A stretch of DNA of 64,000 bases, taken from the NCBI GenBank assembly GCA_951813565.1, contig OX638351.1, positions 2,464,001 through 2,528,000 of the forward strand, read 5' to 3'. Source of the DNA: an uncultured Poribacteria bacterium. Its GTDB lineage: Bacteria > Poribacteria > WGA-4E > WGA-3G. Shown in pieces: positions 1 to 10,924 of the stretch; position 1 is the stretch's first letter, and each line of letters opens with the position of its first letter. Under the pieces are notes generated by a model. The model was not told where the DNA came from. It did not search any database and worked only from the letters and a program-made list of their open reading frames with translations. Both the position numbers and the translations under genes were made by a program.

Positions 1-86
1 CTTCACTGTACCTCCCAAAACATTCCCGTGTCTGCCGTTGTAGGCACGGGAATCCTATGTAGCGTTTTGCTACGGTAGCAAACAGC

Positions 87-1967
87 ATGACTACCACGCC
101 AACTAAAAAAGAAAACTTCATAGAATCTCTAAAACATCGTGTGTTGGTGTGCGACGGTGCTATCGGAACAGAGCTACGGAAACGGATTCCGGCAAATCTG
201 CCTTGTGTAGATGTATGTAATGTCTCTGATGAGCATGCCGAAAAAGTTTTAGAGATACATCGCGCTTACGCTGATGTAGGTGCTGATGTAATCCAGACAA
301 ACACCTATCAGGCAAATAGAGAAGCATTAGCAATTCACGGGTTAGCAGATCAGGTTAAAGAGATTAACAGAGCAGGGGTAAGATTAGCACATAGTGCAGC
401 AGGGGAAACATGTTATATTGCTGGTTCAGTCGGTCAAATCCCGTTTCAAACGCAGGATCCAACTGAAACAAACACGGATCCACCTACGAAAACAATCCGT
501 CTTATCTTCAAAGAACAGATGGATGCGCTTGTTGATGAAGGTGTTGATCTGATTTTATTGGAGACTTTTGTTTCTCCCAAACAAGCAGAAATTGCCACAA
601 AGCAGGCTCTTACATACAAAATACCTGTCATCGTAGAGATAAGCGGAATTTCAGGTGGCACTGTTGGAACAGGTGTAGATGTCCGTGTCTTTGCTCAAGA
701 ATTGGAACAACTTGGTGCACATGCAGTTGGTATCAATTGTAGAGGCCCACACGATCTTGTTCAAGCGATGGAACTTCTCGCACCTGTCATCAGAGCCCCG
801 CTTGTTGTGCAACCGAACGCAGGAAATCCGCGGGTTGAACAAGGAGAAATTGCTGTTTCATATACCGTTGGCGCAGATGTTTTCACAGACTATGTTCATA
901 AATTAATCAAGCTTGGAGCGAACATGATCGGGGGATGTTGCGGGACGACTCCAGAATACACCGCTAAAATTCGACAAGCGGTTGCTGGAATAAAACCCGT
1001 TAAACGACATCCTCGTATCTTTGTTCTGCCTAAAAGTTCACCGACATACAAGACACAAAGGGATAACCCTGTGCAGCAGGTATTCGAAACGCGAGAACGA
1101 ATTGTGAGTGTAGAAACACGCGCAAATACGTTCCCGCAATTGCGAGCATTGCTGAAGGAAGCGAAGGTGCTTGCTGCAATAGGCGTAGACCTATTTGATG
1201 TAACCGATAATTCTGGTGCGGCGGTAAATATCGGTGCAGTTGGCACAGCGTTTCGGCTGCAACAGGCAACCCACATTCCAACCCTTATCCATTGGACAAC
1301 GCGATCCCGCAATCTTATCAGCATGCAATCGCATTTGTTAGAGGCAGAAGCGTTAGGGATACGAGGTATAGTCGCATTATCTGGGGACCATCCGAAAGCG
1401 GGACCGTATGAAGCAGCAAGTCTTGTGCCGGATGTGCGCGGTGCAGTGCAACTGATGAAACTTCTCTCCAGACTAAATCAAGGTGAGCTTGCCGATGGTT
1501 CGTCAATTGGAGACCCATGTGGTTTTTACTACGGCGGTGGTTTCACAATTGCAGAAAATCTTGACCCTCATGTTAAGCACTTGACGAATAAGGTGCAAGA
1601 AGGCGCAAAATTCGCCTATACGCAACCTGTATGGACTTTTGAAGACATCGCGCGTGCTCAGAAAGCAACAGCACATCTCAACATAAAAATTCTTTACGGT
1701 ATCCTACCTTTGACAAGTTTCCGCAGTGCGTCCTATCTACGCGATAATTTGGGTCTCTACATTCCACAGTTTATTGTGGACAAATTCCGAGACCTTGGTG
1801 ATACAGCAGGAAACGACCTTGGTATGCAGCTAACTTTAGACTTGGTTCAAGAAATACGCAATCAGGATACAATTCCAATTGACGGTATCTATCTTATCCC
1901 GCCTGCCCGTCTGAATTGGAAAAACAGGCGCGGTGTCATTTCAGAAATCGTTAAAACCTACCGTTAG
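87..1967 (+). CDS. Bifunctional homocysteine S-methyltransferase / methylenetetrahydrofolate reductase (YitJ-like)
   Basis: N-terminal DGAIGT, GINC and GGCCGTTP Zn-binding Hcy-MT motifs; C-terminal MTHFR-like half (DVTDN, LSGD, YTQP). Confidence 0.9.
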   Translation: MTTTPTKKENFIESLKHRVLVCDGAIGTELRKRIPANLPCVDVCNVSDEHAEKVLEIHRAYADVGADVIQTNTYQANREALAIHGLADQVKEINRAGVRLAHSAAGETCYIAGSVGQIPFQTQDPTETNTDPPTKTIRLIFKEQMDALVDEGVDLILLETFVSPKQAEIATKQALTYKIPVIVEISGISGGTVGTGVDVRVFAQELEQLGAHAVGINCRGPHDLVQAMELLAPVIRAPLVVQPNAGNPRVEQGEIAVSYTVGADVFTDYVHKLIKLGANMIGGCCGTTPEYTAKIRQAVAGIKPVKRHPRIFVLPKSSPTYKTQRDNPVQQVFETRERIVSVETRANTFPQLRALLKEAKVLAAIGVDLFDVTDNSGAAVNIGAVGTAFRLQQATHIPTLIHWTTRSRNLISMQSHLLEAEALGIRGIVALSGDHPKAGPYEAASLVPDVRGAVQLMKLLSRLNQGELADGSSIGDPCGFYYGGGFTIAENLDPHVKHLTNKVQEGAKFAYTQPVWTFEDIARAQKATAHLNIKILYGILPLTSFRSASYLRDNLGLYIPQFIVDKFRDLGDTAGNDLGMQLTLDLVQEIRNQDTIPIDGIYLIPPARLNWKNRRGVISEIVKTYR

Positions 1968-1995
1968 TAATTTCGCGTAAATCCCTTCGGATATT

Positions 1996-3924
1996 ATGAA
2001 CACTCAAGGAAGTAAAAACTCACCGACGCGTATCACAGGACGTTCTCTTCTTTTGGGTGTATTGCTTATCCCTATTAACGTCTATTGGATGACAATCGTT
2101 GAGGTGAAATACTACTCCCTTGATGGTTCATGTCTACCACTTTTTATTCAACCTATTTTCATAATGTTTGTGTGTGTTGTTGCTAACTTCCTTTTGAAAC
2201 GTATTGCACCACAACGGATACTACAGCAAGGTGAGTTGCTCACTGTTTACATTATGGTGGCGGTTTCCTGCACATTTGCTGGGCACGATACCATGCAAAA
2301 TATGTTTGGCAGTATCGCCCATCCTTTTCGGTTTGCGACAGAGGAGAATGAATGGCAAACCCTCTTTTTTCGGTATCTGCCTTCGTGGTTAACAATTTCT
2401 GATCCGCAGAGCTTGCAAGGATTTTATGAAGGAGAATCTAGCTTCTATACCAACCATAACTTTACCGTGTGGCTGAAACCTCTGGTATTCTGGGGACTTT
2501 TCTTCCTCATCATGATGTTTATGATGCTTTGCATCAACACACTTGTGCGGAAGCGATGGGCAGAACAAGAGAAGTTAGCGTATCCGATTATACAGCTGCC
2601 TTTACGACTGTCAGAGGAGGGTGGCACTCGCTTATTGAAAAATCGGATGATGTGGGCAGGATTTAGTATTGCAGTAATTATCGGGGTAGTAAATGGCGTT
2701 AATTATCTGTTTCCCCAGTTTCCTCAGATACCTTATATCAAACGGACAGCCGTGTTCCAAAATATCTTCACGGAACGCCCTTGGAGTGCTATTCGTGGGA
2801 CACGTATTTCTGTCTATCCGTTTGCTGTAGGATTAGCTTTTTTCCTTCCGCTTGATCTCTCGTTTTCATGCTGGTTTTTCTTTGTTGTACGTTTAGCAGA
2901 ATTTGTAATTGCGGCGGCACTTGGTACGCGCTATTTTCCTGCTCTAAACGAACAAGCGTACGGTGCATGGGTTGCACTTTTCCTACTGGCAGTCTGGGTT
3001 ACACGTCGTCATTTAATGGAAGTAGTAAAAAAAGCACTCGGTTTTAAATCACACCTTGATGATTCGGATGAACCGATGTCGTATCGCGCTGCCCTGTTAG
3101 GTATTATCGGTTCACTTGTTGCGCTTGGTATTTTTGCGAACATAGCAGGAATGGCGTTATGGATTGCGGGCATTTTCTTTGGAATCTATTTCCTACTCTC
3201 TTTTGCAATAACACGTGTGCGTGCGGAGCTCGGCACACCGCATGAGATTTACTTTGTCAATCCACACGATATGTTGGCAATGGTTGGCGGGACTCGGCAG
3301 TTTGATACCAGCAGCCTCACGATTATGTCGCTTTTTTATTGGTTCAATCGTGGCTACCGTAATCACCCGATGCCGAATCAGATTGAAGCGTTTAAGTTGG
3401 CAGAATCGACGGGAATGGGAAACCGACGTCTATGGGTGGCAATGTTAATTGCGATTGTGGTAGGCATTTTAGCAACTTTTTGGGCAAATCTTGACATTAC
3501 CTTCCGTAACGGTGCAGTTGCGAAAGCTGGTGGCTTCAAGGGATGGGTTGGCAGAGAGTCGTTCGGTAGACTGCAGCGGTGGTTACATAATCCAACTGAA
3601 CCAAACATGATCGGTATAGGCTTTATGGGTATTGGTGCGCTTTTGACGTTTGTGATGATGTATATGCGAATGCACTTCCTATGGTGGCCCTTTCATCCAG
3701 CTGGTTACGCGCTTGCCATCAGTTTTGCAATGGATTATTTCTGGTTCGCTTTCTTCGTGGCGTGGTTTCTGAAGTACATGATTTTACGGCATGGCGGTTT
3801 GAGGCTGCACCGACGGGTAGCACCACTCTTTTTGGGATTAATTTTAGGAGATTACGTGATTGGGAGTACGTGGGCAATTATTGGACCGGTATCCGGCTTG
3901 CGTACCTACAAAATATTTATCTGA
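1996..3924 (+). CDS. Polytopic membrane protein, OPT-like putative peptide transporter (DUF6785/DUF6784-type)
   Basis: 642 aa, many TM segments, motifs W..EKLAYPIIQLP and WWPFHPAGY; paralog of 25109..27040. Confidence 0.75.
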   Translation: MNTQGSKNSPTRITGRSLLLGVLLIPINVYWMTIVEVKYYSLDGSCLPLFIQPIFIMFVCVVANFLLKRIAPQRILQQGELLTVYIMVAVSCTFAGHDTMQNMFGSIAHPFRFATEENEWQTLFFRYLPSWLTISDPQSLQGFYEGESSFYTNHNFTVWLKPLVFWGLFFLIMMFMMLCINTLVRKRWAEQEKLAYPIIQLPLRLSEEGGTRLLKNRMMWAGFSIAVIIGVVNGVNYLFPQFPQIPYIKRTAVFQNIFTERPWSAIRGTRISVYPFAVGLAFFLPLDLSFSCWFFFVVRLAEFVIAAALGTRYFPALNEQAYGAWVALFLLAVWVTRRHLMEVVKKALGFKSHLDDSDEPMSYRAALLGIIGSLVALGIFANIAGMALWIAGIFFGIYFLLSFAITRVRAELGTPHEIYFVNPHDMLAMVGGTRQFDTSSLTIMSLFYWFNRGYRNHPMPNQIEAFKLAESTGMGNRRLWVAMLIAIVVGILATFWANLDITFRNGAVAKAGGFKGWVGRESFGRLQRWLHNPTEPNMIGIGFMGIGALLTFVMMYMRMHFLWWPFHPAGYALAISFAMDYFWFAFFVAWFLKYMILRHGGLRLHRRVAPLFLGLILGDYVIGSTWAIIGPVSGLRTYKIFI

Positions 3925-4055
3925 TAAGTTTTCTAAACAACATCGACAAGATATTTACACGTCTAAACTTGACACCTTGACACGCAAAGATGGTCTATGA
4001 TAACCTGTGAAACATAATTGAGAGCAGCGACGTGAATAAGATGTTATTGAACTAA

Positions 4056-5280
4056 CTAATGAACTTTGACAATCAAACGGGGTAATGTTATGATGGTATA
4101 ATCCAACATAAAAGGAGTATACCCTGGCAAAACAAAGAGAACTCATTCGGACAGAAGAAGAAAAACAGGAACTGATTGAATATCGAGATCATCACGACCG
4201 TCCTGATGTAAGAGAAAAAGCTGCTGCGTTGTTGAAAATAGCCGAAGGTGTTTCGGCACACTGGGTTTCGACCTATGGGTTACTCAAACGCCGCAAACCT
4301 GATACCATTTACAGATGGTTGAATATATATGACGAAGAAGGTTTTGATGGGTTAATCCAGCGGCAGCATGGCGGAGCAAGACAGCGATTTTCAAAAAAAA
4401 AGAAGAACTATTAGAACGTGTGCGCCAAACCCCAGATGAAGTTGTGGATAAAGCGAAAGGCGTTTCTACTGATGCGCCTATCCCAAGTCGTTGGACGCTT
4501 CGGACGCTGCGTGCGAGTCTTGATTGGTTAGAAGGTTACACGCTGAGTGGTGTATATAGAGTGGTGTCTCGTTGTGGTTTGCGTCTTCGCTCAGGTCGCG
4601 TGCAGCAGTATAGTCCGGATCCTGAGTATGCGGCGAAAGTATCACATCTATGTTCCTGTTTACAGCAGATCGTTCGCAATCGTGGTAAACAAGAACTGGT
4701 ATTTCTTGATGAGATGGGGTATTCTCGCTGGTCTGAAGCTGGACGGGTTTGGATACAAGCACCTCCGGGAAGTATTCCGGTGGCAGGTTGTGATGGAAAT
4801 AATCAGCAATGGCGGATCATTGGTGCGCTGAATGCGTTGACGGGACAGGTATGCTATCTTGATAACTACATTGTAGGGCGTGCCAAAGTGATTGAAATGT
4901 ATCAGAAGTTGACACAAGTATATCCGCAAGCAGAAACGCTTTATGTTGTTCAAGACAACTGGTCGATCCACAAACATCCGGATGTGCTTGATGCGTTATC
5001 AGAGTTGCCACAGATTGCGCCTGTTTGGCTACCGACTTATGCGCCGTGGTTGAACCCGATTGAGAAGTTATGGAGATGGCTGCGGGTTGATGTGTTTAAG
5101 ATGCATCGTTTTGTGAGCCAGTGGGAGGCGTTCAGAGCCCGGGTGAATAGATTTCTGGATCAATTTGCCACCGGTTCGGATGACTTACTCCGTTATGTAG
5201 GACTGAAAGGCGATGGGCTATTAGCTAACGCTTGTAGACCCATTTAGATTTTACCCAACTTGAACGTCAAAGTTCATTAG
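4056..5280 (+). mobile_element. IS630-family insertion sequence, copy 1
   Basis: Perfect 15-bp IR CTAATGAACTTTGAC (4056-4070) / GTCAAAGTTCATTAG (5266-5280) including terminal TA; HTH ORF plus DDE ORF. Confidence 0.9.
4124..5247 (+). CDS. IS630 transposase, OrfA (from CTG at 4124 after AAGGAG) joined to OrfB by -1 frameshift at A9 run (4393-4401)
   Basis: DDE motifs FLDE, VQDN, YAPWLNPIE; -1 slip gives SKKKEELLERVRQ, matching copy 2. Confidence 0.8.
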
Positions 5281-5387
5281 GTTAATGGAAGGTAATATAG
5301 AAAGGGTTTATAGGTTGAGAGAAATCTATGGAGATTCTAACTGGTATTCTTGTGGGAGGGCTTTATAAGCCCGATAGAATTACTTTC

Positions 5388-6179
5388 CTACATCAAATAC
5401 TCCCGCTCCCGAAAAATTCGGATAGCAAGCCACATTGCTCCTATCGTCAGCAAGCAGATTACTAACGCTGCCACCCATACTGTCGGAGGCGTATTTCCTA
5501 ACAAATCATCAAGCATGTTACGCTGTAAATTGAAATCTGGAAATAGTGTCATAAGGTAATGTGTTAGTGAAATTCGCTTGATTCCCATTGGCATTGGAGG
5601 AATTGTTGTAATTCGTTCCCAACCAAATACGAACAGCAACCCCCATAGCACCGGATGCTTAAACCGAACAGACAAAAGCACCGCGAAAGCACCGTAGGCT
5701 AACAATCCTAACGATAGTGCGCCTGTATAATAGAAACTCATTCCTACCACCAACAAGCGATCTTTTAGTTTCGGATGCGTTTCCATAATGCCCGTGAGAA
5801 GTAAGTGGGAAACACTAATCAGGGCGATACTTCCTATCAGGTAAGCTGCGAATTTGCTGAGTAGAATCAACGATTTACGGAGTGGTCGCATTTGAAGATA
5901 TGTCAAACCTCTGCCATCAATTTCATCCGAAACGATAGCTGAACCGTAAAATATCGCGCATAAATTTGTCAAAAATCGATATAAAATAAATGTCAGGTTT
6001 GGAATAAAAACGTTTACACTCGTCGTGCCTCGTGCCTTAAACCGAAATATAAGCGCGATGACAAGCGGCAGTACACACCCAATCAGAATTAGAAGTCCTC
6101 GCCGACTCCAGAATAGTTGACGGAGCGTCAGTTTAAATAGCGCAAAATAGGCAGGAAACGAATTGAGGTTGAAATTCAT
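5388..6179 (-). CDS. ABC-2 type transporter permease
   Basis: About 6 TM helices; SDEIDGRGLTYLQMRPL..K motif. Confidence 0.8.
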   Translation of the reverse strand: MNFNLNSFPAYFALFKLTLRQLFWSRRGLLILIGCVLPLVIALIFRFKARGTTSVNVFIPNLTFILYRFLTNLCAIFYGSAIVSDEIDGRGLTYLQMRPLRKSLILLSKFAAYLIGSIALISVSHLLLTGIMETHPKLKDRLLVVGMSFYYTGALSLGLLAYGAFAVLLSVRFKHPVLWGLLFVFGWERITTIPPMPMGIKRISLTHYLMTLFPDFNLQRNMLDDLLGNTPPTVWVAALVICLLTIGAMWLAIRIFREREYLM

Positions 6180-6267
6180 TGATAGTCTTTCAATAGTTGA
6201 ATTTTTCTACGTCCTATAGTAACATAAAAACGTAGAATTTACAATCTATTGTTTTGGAAGGACACAC

Positions 6268-7107
6268 ATGCTTAAAATTATTGACACCCACCAACATCTC
6301 TGGGACACATCCGACTTGGAATATCCTTGGTTAGATGGATTTGACCTACTCAGGCAGCAATATACGCCGCAGGATTATCGCGGCGCAATCGGAGACATAA
6401 ACGTTGTTAAATCGGTTCACGTGGAAGGCGATCCTGCCGAAACACACGTTGTCCAAGAGGTGGAATGGCTAACGCACATCGCAGAAACAGATGGAATGAT
6501 AGGCGCAATTGCTGCCGCGGCACCACTCGAAAAACCGAACGTTGAAGTAATCCTTGAACAACTCGCCGCGTTTGACCTTGTTGTGGGTATCCGTCGGATG
6601 GCATGGCACAACCCAGACAACCAATTCTACGCCACTCCCGATCTCATTAACGGTGTGAAATTATTAGGAAAATATAATCTTTCCTTTGAACTTTGTGCTA
6701 AACACGACCAACTCCCTGCTGCCATTGAGTTGGTAAAAGCCACACCTGAGATTATACACGCTGTCAACCATTGCGGTGGACCAAATATAAAAGACGGAGA
6801 GTTCCAGCCGTGGGCAACCCACATGCGCGAACTCGCCGCCTTTGACAATGTTTACTGCAAAGTATCCGGTATTGTGACAACTGCCAGCCAAAACTGGACA
6901 CCAGAGGAACTAAAACCTTACATCCGACATCTCGTAGAAGTATTCGGTTATGACCGCCTCATGTTTGGTAGCGATTGGCCCGTCTGCACCTTAGCCGCCG
7001 AATATCATGAGTGGTTTGAAGCATTACTTTTGGCTATTGAAGACGCATCCGAGGCAGAGAAAAACCGCTTTTTCTACCAGAACGCTTTAGAATTCTACAA
7101 AATGTAA
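6268..7107 (+). CDS. Amidohydrolase_2 family (L-fuconolactonase-like)
   Basis: IIDTHQHLW, KVSG, RLMFGSDWPV motifs. Confidence 0.85.
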   Translation: MLKIIDTHQHLWDTSDLEYPWLDGFDLLRQQYTPQDYRGAIGDINVVKSVHVEGDPAETHVVQEVEWLTHIAETDGMIGAIAAAAPLEKPNVEVILEQLAAFDLVVGIRRMAWHNPDNQFYATPDLINGVKLLGKYNLSFELCAKHDQLPAAIELVKATPEIIHAVNHCGGPNIKDGEFQPWATHMRELAAFDNVYCKVSGIVTTASQNWTPEELKPYIRHLVEVFGYDRLMFGSDWPVCTLAAEYHEWFEALLLAIEDASEAEKNRFFYQNALEFYKM

Positions 7108-7139
7108 AACATGTCGGGTTAAATTTGCAATGGACCAAT

Positions 7140-9086
7140 CTATTGAGGTGTGATCAGAACAGGTTCAACGCCTTGCGACTCCTGAATTTGCTGCTTGAGT
7201 TCTGATGCGTCTGGTCGGGCCGCGAATTCCCCAATTGTTACCCGATGCACTATCTTACCATTAATCGTCACAGTGTATATTTTCACTTTCTCATTCGGGT
7301 GTAAACGTTGCAAATTCTCAGCCAACATATCTGCATTACGCCGCTCAGCAAAAGACCCAACCATCAACGTTAGTTTAGGTTTTTCATTGCCTACCTGAGT
7401 TCCGCTATCAGTAGTAGTAGTAGTAGTTCCACCACCGAATTGCAACTGTGCTTGCTGAACACTTTTATTTCCAGCTATGTCTTGAACACTCAATGCGAAC
7501 TTGTAAGTTGTTTCTGGCAACTGTGGAACTTTGGTCAAAACTATCGCCTCTGGTGGCGAACCTCTACCTTCGCTCGTTTCAACCAGTTTATTATTCACAT
7601 CAAAAATTTCAAGTTTCCAATTAGTAATAGCGTTGATGTCCCACGTTTTTACACCGACGGTTCCCGGTGCTTTTTTGGAGATTTCTACCGTTGCCGGAAT
7701 TAGATCAACCGTTACCTTTTTGCTGTTTCTGAGATGCGGTGTGCCTTTCCCATCAATAATGTGTAGTTGTGCCACGTAGTCTCCATCAGGCACCAATTTG
7801 CCGCTACTTCCCATTCCGTTCCAGACAACTCCGTCTGTGGGAGAACCTGTGCCAGATTTTTCCCAAACTTGTTCCGTATATGCATCACGGAGTGTTAATT
7901 TCCATTTGTCATTTGATCGAACCTTAAAATGGAATGTTGTGCTATCTGCTACGTCATCACTGTTCGGTGAAATTGCGGTTTCGGAGAGTTGTAGTTCATC
8001 CGAAGATACCTCATTCCCCACATCTGGTTCAAGCGTTTTCGGCATCAGAATTGGCGGTGATACATCCATTTCAGGAACATCTTTAGGCTTTACCTTCGTG
8101 ACAGGAGTAGGAACCTTCGCAATATGAGTGGGGCTCTTTCCTTTTCCACCCCACCGTAACGTTGCAGAAATCCAATGTAGGCTTTGCCCTAACTCACCAC
8201 CCCTAACGTGAGCGTAATCCAACTGTCCTGTTGAGTTCCGGAAACTTATCCCTTGAGTCCATTCACCTGAACTAAATTTGTCGGATGCGGTTAAAGTGGT
8301 ATATCCTACACGCACGCCAAAATGGTTGTTCAACAACCAACGTTCTACACCGAAGTGTAACCGAAGCCGTTCGCCCCAACTCACATCATTTTGGCCACGA
8401 ATAGCAATATCTGCAGATAACAGAGTCGCGCTGTCCGGACGATATGTTGTTCCGAAACGCGCAGCTAACGGTAAACTTTCAATAAGCGCGCCATCCTCCC
8501 GAATGCCATTGCTCAACTCCGAAAGATTCATGCCTACCGTGACCGAATCCCCTAACTTTTCCATCGGATAGGTAAACTGCATTCCGACATCCACGCTCCA
8601 CAGGTAATTCGTCCTGATTGGTGTGCTGTTCTGATAGTAGCGTAGGTTCGCTCCTGCTGATGCCTGTTCACCTAATGCCAAGCCATATCCTAAAAGCACT
8701 ATCTGAGTTGACTCATTGTTATTATTGTTCCAACCATTGAACCAAGACGCTACAGATAGGTTTCCAACATTTTTATCGGTTAAACCCAACGTATTTGGGC
8801 TCGCCGCTAACGAGAACGCCTGATCCGGACCTGACGGTTCACCCGAAAACGGAATCCCGCCCATGTTCACTTCTAATCCATTCATAAATCCAAGTGAGGA
8901 AGGATTCCATAAAAAACCGTTATTTGCGGAAGGACCAGCAGTGAAGGCACTTCCCATACCGACTGCTCGCGCACTTGCACCAACAAAGATATCGCGATGA
9001 TCTATCCCAGAAGATCCCTCTGCAACCATAACATTCCCTAACATAAACACTACAAAACTGATAAGACCGAGTGCTTTCAATTTCAT
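7140..9086 (-). CDS. Secreted protein: PorV/PorQ-like barrel + FlgD-type Ig domain + C-terminal SPOR domain
   Basis: Signal peptide from MKLKALG (9086); GASARAVGMGSAF..WNPS; ISPNSD...WNG..VPDGDY; VGSFAERRNA...HRVTIGEF. Confidence 0.7.
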   Translation of the reverse strand: MKLKALGLISFVVFMLGNVMVAEGSSGIDHRDIFVGASARAVGMGSAFTAGPSANNGFLWNPSSLGFMNGLEVNMGGIPFSGEPSGPDQAFSLAASPNTLGLTDKNVGNLSVASWFNGWNNNNNESTQIVLLGYGLALGEQASAGANLRYYQNSTPIRTNYLWSVDVGMQFTYPMEKLGDSVTVGMNLSELSNGIREDGALIESLPLAARFGTTYRPDSATLLSADIAIRGQNDVSWGERLRLHFGVERWLLNNHFGVRVGYTTLTASDKFSSGEWTQGISFRNSTGQLDYAHVRGGELGQSLHWISATLRWGGKGKSPTHIAKVPTPVTKVKPKDVPEMDVSPPILMPKTLEPDVGNEVSSDELQLSETAISPNSDDVADSTTFHFKVRSNDKWKLTLRDAYTEQVWEKSGTGSPTDGVVWNGMGSSGKLVPDGDYVAQLHIIDGKGTPHLRNSKKVTVDLIPATVEISKKAPGTVGVKTWDINAITNWKLEIFDVNNKLVETSEGRGSPPEAIVLTKVPQLPETTYKFALSVQDIAGNKSVQQAQLQFGGGTTTTTTDSGTQVGNEKPKLTLMVGSFAERRNADMLAENLQRLHPNEKVKIYTVTINGKIVHRVTIGEFAARPDASELKQQIQESQGVEPVLITPQ

Positions 9087-9343
9087 TTTATAAACTCCAT
9101 CTATTTTTCTTATGCCAAATTTATTTAAAGCTAAATTCCTCTGCAATTTAAACGTCTAAACCACAAACTTGGGTACAAATCCGAAAGCAACTTAAGTTCT
9201 TACAAACAATTTCACAAATCACATGTTACTCTTTGGTGGCAAAATTTTTGGATTTGCTATAAAATCCATAAAATAATGCAACCTTTTTCAATTTAAAAAT
9301 CGTCACTTAAATTAAGTAGTGGTACTACTCTGGAGTGCTTTTT

Positions 9344-9681
9344 ATGCAAAATAGCGATTCCGAACTGATTCATCGGACATTAGACGGTGATCAAACGGCA
9401 TTTACTGCTCTCGTTGAAAAATACCAAAAGGGAATTCACGCGCTTGCGTGGCGTAAAATTGGAGATTTTCACATCGCGCAAGAAATTACGCAAGATGCTT
9501 TATCTCAGAGCATATGAAAGGCTCAGAACTTTGAAAGACCACAGCTTGTTCCCGGGATGGGTATATGTGATTGCGTCTCACCTATGCACAGAATGGCATC
9601 GGAAGAAGAAGCTTCTAATCCAATCTTTAGAAACTACTGACGTGGCGGAGATTGATCAAGTGTCATATTCACAATATATAG
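9344..9681 (+). pseudogene. ECF sigma-70 factor, frameshifted (about 9502) and truncated by IS5
   Basis: SDSELI..GDQTAF.LVEKY..EITQDA, then shifted frame LRAYERL..FPGWVYVIA; sequence ends at IS left end. Confidence 0.85.
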
Positions 9682-10558
9682 TACAGCGTATCTCATAAAT
9701 AGCAAAAAACATTAGATTGTCTTTTAATTATGGATCATTTCTGTTAAACTATTGTCCAGTATATATAATAGTTAGGAGATGATTTGAATGGAACTGAGTG
9801 ATAAAGAGTGGCAAATCTTGGAACCGCTGATGCCAGCACTTTCAACTGGACAAAAGGGGAGGCCCTGGCGTGAGAACCGAGAAGTGTTAGATGGCATACT
9901 CTGGGTGTTGCGGACAGGGGCACCTTGGCGGGATTTACCGAAGAAGTATCCGCCGTATCAAACGTGTCATCGTCGTTTTCAACAATGGTCTTCGGATGGC
10001 ACACTTAAAAAGGTGGGCACAACGATCACAGAAAAACTTGAGAAACGCCGTCACCTGAATATGAGTGAATGCAGCATTAATGCGAAGTTCGTTGCAGCAA
10101 AAAAAGGGTTTGTGTGTAGGAAAGACGAAGTGTGGCAAAGGGACAAAACTGGTAGCGATTACAGATAAGCGTGGCAGACCTGTGAGTGTTTTGATTGCGA
10201 GTGCCTCCTGCCATGAAGTCCGTTTGGTTGAACCGGCATTGGATGCGTGTTGGACTTCAGAACCGCCAGGAGTGTTGATAGGAGACAAAGCCTATGACTC
10301 GGATCCTTTAGATGCGTCTTTGCGGTGTCGTGGCACTGAAATGATAGCGCCCCATAAAAAGAATCGGAAGCGTCCTGCTACACAGGATGGTCGTCTACGC
10401 CGGTATAAACGCCGTTTCAAAGTGGAGCGTTTTTTCAGTTGGTGTGAAGACTTTCGGCGTTTGGTAGTGCGTTGGGAATATCATGCTGAAAACTATTTAG
10501 GGTTTGTGCTTCTGGCATGTCTACGGATGTTAATGAGGTATTTATGAGATACGCTGTA
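9682..10558 (+). mobile_element. IS5 family (IS427-like) IS, copy 1, with two-ORF transposase (9788..10168 / 10065..10547, A7GGG slip site)
   Basis: 20-bp perfect IR TACAGCGTATCTCATAAATA / TATTTATGAGATACGCTGTA including TA; ILWVLRTGAPWRDLP, GDKAYDS, VERFF motifs. Confidence 0.92.
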
Positions 10559-10924
10559 TAAATAACCCTGATTCCTATGACAGAGGGGTCAATTATCGGC
10601 TTATTACCTATTTTAGTCGAAATGTCGCGAGTTGGAGCTCGCTTGGACAGGAAGAAACTTTTGAAAGAAGTTAGAAACTGTTGGAAAATTGAATGACTCT
10701 GAGTTCAGGTATTCCATATCTTTCCATACAATCACTAAAGTTTGGACAATATTATTAAATTGAGGGTGTTTCATAAATAATAGTTGTCAAAAGTCAGGAT
10801 ACTGGGTATTCTTTCATTTTATATCACATAACTTGAAGGAGATACCCATGCAGTATCCTGACATGAGAGAGTATATCACATTTCTGTTTTCAATGTTAGA
10901 CGAGTTCTTGATATCTCAAGAAGA
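9682..10924 (+). repeat. 1.24 kb direct repeat, copy A (copy B at 17802..19044)
   Basis: Near-identical sequence at a constant 8120 offset; at least 4 substitutions seen. Confidence 0.92.

Noticed and set aside
3924..4056. Both OPT-like paralogs have a same-family IS630 near their 3' ends
   Set aside because: Different distances, orientations and target contexts; probably coincidence.
7410..7427. (AGT)n microsatellite as a phase-variation switch
   Set aside because: Triplet repeat encoding a Thr linker; length change keeps the frame.
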